Assembly: GCF_009914755.1 (NCBI RefSeq)
Contig: NC_060939.1
DNA from: the human T2T-CHM13v2.0 reference genome, Homo sapiens
Length of the DNA stretch: 64,000 bases
Direction: 5' to 3' (one strand)
A program made the translations under genes and the position numbers. The notes under the pieces were generated by a model. That model saw only the letters and a program-made list of their open reading frames with translations, made no database searches and was not told where the DNA came from. Below, one piece after another: positions 1 through 64,000 of the stretch (its first letter is position 1; each line of letters opens with the position of its first letter).

Positions 1-443
1 TGAACTCAGTGTGCTATCGTCTTTGTTTTGTGAATACATTTTCTTAATGACATTTGGAGGCCTTCAGTCGTTCTGCAGCCACCAGAGTTGTGGCAAAGTG
101 GGAATGCTGTCCATTTGACAGTGTTGTTTCTTCCGCTCTAGTGCACTCTTCAGAGAATTGAGCCATTATTTCCCCTATTCATTCTTACAGTCCGTTAAAA
201 ACTATACATCTACCTTTTTGTTTAAAAATAAAACACCATAAAGAATAATAAATTCCCTTCTCTCAGCCTTTGAGGCTTATTTAACAATTACTTTGAAATA
301 TTTAATTTTTTCATCTTGTTTATACCTTCTCTATACCATAGTGGATTTGAGGAAGCTTAATCTATAAACATGTTATCAAAACACTTCCTTAGAAAAACAT
401 TTTTTAAGTGCTTGATGACTCCTAGACTTTTTACCAAAGATGA

Positions 444-642
<199 letters not shown>

Positions 643-1006
643 TGAAAGATGGAGAGAAACTAAACATACACTTATGGTACAACCCAGCAGTTGTAACCCT
701 GGATATTTATCACAGAGAAATGAAATTTATGTCAACACAAAAATATGTACACCATCGTCCATAGCAGCTTTATTTGTAATAACCCCAAATTGGAAATTAC
801 TCAGATGTCCTATGATAGATAGTTAGTTAAACTGTGGGACATCCACACCATGGAATATTATTACTCAGCAATAAAAAGGAACAAACCATTGAAGTACACT
901 ACTTGGATGGATCTCAAGGACATTATGCTCTGTGAAAAAGCCAACCTCAAAAGATCACATACTGTATAATTCCATTTATGCAACATCCTCAAAATGACAG
1001 ATTATA

Positions 1007-1463
<457 letters not shown>

Positions 1464-1606
1464 TTAGGGACATTGGGGACTAGGTTGGGCAGGGCAGTGA
1501 GTATGAACAGGTGGCATTAGGGAGAGCTTGGTGGTGACGGAACAGTTCTGTATCTTGATTGTAGTTGTGATTACACAAATCTACACAAGTGATCAGTGAC
1601 ACAGCA

Positions 1607-1607
<1 letters not shown>

Positions 1608-1651
<44 letters not shown>
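1608..1651. repeat. (CA)22 microsatellite
   Basis: Perfect CA run. Confidence 0.97.
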
Positions 1652-1655
<4 letters not shown>

Positions 1656-3138
1656 TAATTTCCAGGTTTGATACTTATATCATGTAAGATGTAGTAAACA
1701 TTGGAGGAAGTTGGATGAAGGCTATGTGGGATCTCTCTGTAACTTTCTCGTAAATCTTTGCAGCTTTTTGTGACTCTATAATTATTTTAAAATAAAATTT
1801 TTTTTTTAAATGGAAAGTTTATAGGGTATGTAGATAAATTAGAAACAACAGAAGGCCAAGTAAAAAAGTGCTGAAGGAAGCCTCTACCCAGGCTGGAAAT
1901 GAGAATGTTGAATGCAATGGTAGAGGAAGGACTCTCCCCATCTGTGGGTGGGTCCAGTTCCTGTAGGACCCTTGGGGAAGCCATGACCCCCATTCTCCCA
2001 AACACACAATAGGAAAATACCAGAGAAGTTTTGTTTACCTGTTAGCTTTTAAACAAAACAGAACCCTGCATCTTTGTCTTAGATACAAAATAACCTTCAT
2101 GGGTAGGGGGAAGGGACATTAATAAAAAGAGCTATAATTTACATTGTTTTTCTTGAATGTTTTTACTTCACGAAATTTGAGAGATGATTTAAGAACAATA
2201 ATGTACATATAATGGCTCCCCAGCTTACCATCCTATTACACACACATCGCATAAGTTCGTATTATTTGTCTTGTTTGGAAATCAGTCCAACTTTCTGACC
2301 CTTGTTCTATATATAACTATAGATCCCAAAGGTTCAGCTGCTGGGCTAGCATTTTGTCTGCTATTTCCTAAATAATGGTAGGTAAGCAGGAAAAGTGCCA
2401 GTCTTACTTGTCCCTGACTCTTGGTGGTTCGTGGCATGTTCAGGATAGTATTTGAAACAAGAGCTCATTACAAAGTAATGGAAACCCCTTGCTTTTATTG
2501 TGTATGCAGCAAAAGCAACATTTGGATCAATTTACAAGTTTCTGCAAAACACCGTCAAGAAATAATTTCGGTTGTGCTTTAGCAAGAAAATAATGGATCT
2601 GTGCTATACCACATGCCTTTTGGTATCCCTCACTGGGCTTTGCCAAAACACTGACTGCAGGAGCTAGACTACTGTTAGGCAGAGACACTGCACTCCCTTT
2701 GCTGTCCCTGCCTTCTCTCCTAGCGACTCCTCCAGGTACACAGGCCAGGGTCACAGTATCAGAAAGCAGCTCTGTTTTCCTCCAGAACCCCCCAAGCTTC
2801 CTTTCTGCAGCACTGTCTCTCCCACATGGAACCAGCTGGCTCACCAGTCAACAGCCTATGACACACAAATGCCTTGAGGATGCAGCATGTATTTTGTCTG
2901 GAAGCAAGCAACACGCTCTTCCTTTGTAGGCTGTTTCTCCTTTTGCTTGCAATGTGAGTGGCTTATCTTGGGTGGGCTTGGGGGTGAGATACCATGTGAC
3001 CACATGAACACTTCAAAACAGTTGCTTTTTCTAATGCATGCTGTAATAACAATGAAAAGCATATCCTTATGGTTTTTTTAATGCAAGAAGACAGACTCAA
3101 TTATGTGTGTTTTTGATTTTTTTTTTCTTCTTCAACAG

Positions 3139-63834
<60,696 letters not shown>

Positions 63835-64000
63835 TCCTTGGATCCTGAATCTGTGCAAACAGTAACGTGTGCGCACGCGCAGCGGGGTGGGGGGGGAGAG
63901 AGAGTTTTAACAATCCATTCACAAGCCTCCTGTACCTCAGTGGATCTTCAGAACTGCCCTTGCTGCCCGCGGGAGACAGCTTCTCTGCAGTAAAACACAT
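63835..64000 (+). other. IGF1R: Start of IGF1R 3'UTR (continues beyond window)
   Basis: Follows the stop codon; no poly(A) signal before the window end. Confidence 0.95.
63933..63939 (+). promoter_or_regulatory. let-7 family seed match (7mer-A1) at 3'UTR positions 99-105
   Basis: TACCTCA is complementary to the let-7 seed GAGGUA plus A1; IGF1R is an established let-7 target. Confidence 0.7.

Overview
Human (Alu-rich primate) genomic DNA containing the 3' part of IGF1R (insulin-like growth factor 1 receptor) on the + strand. It covers the end of intron 3, coding exons 4-21 and the first 166 nt of the 3'UTR. All 18 exons were placed by hand at AG/GT boundaries and join into one uninterrupted 3151-nt frame. 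That frame encodes L2, FnIII-1/2/3, the insert domain with the RKRR furin site, the TM helix, NPEY, the tyrosine kinase and the C-tail ending ...PQSSTC*. Exon numbers and gene identity come from my recall of the human protein. Introns hold ordinary Alu, L1M, L2, L3, MIR, MaLR and hAT-Charlie relics; subfamily calls are by eye. The remaining ORFs in the track are noise. No new gene system is evident. The least explained structures are two long non-Alu inverted repeats in the pre-mRNA. One is in intron 13 (about 155-bp arms, about 84% identical, with a chain of nested perfect micro-hairpins in the loop) about 325 nt upstream of the CAGCAG tandem acceptor of the TM exon. The other is in intron 5 (about 105-bp arms, about 82%). 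Smaller items include extra NAGNAG acceptors, a 55-bp tandem duplication next to exon 12, a poly(A)-only insertion with an 18-bp TSD, candidate intronic poly(A) sites, a fold-back CpG microsatellite, a strong G4/GC-box run and a bZIP motif cluster.
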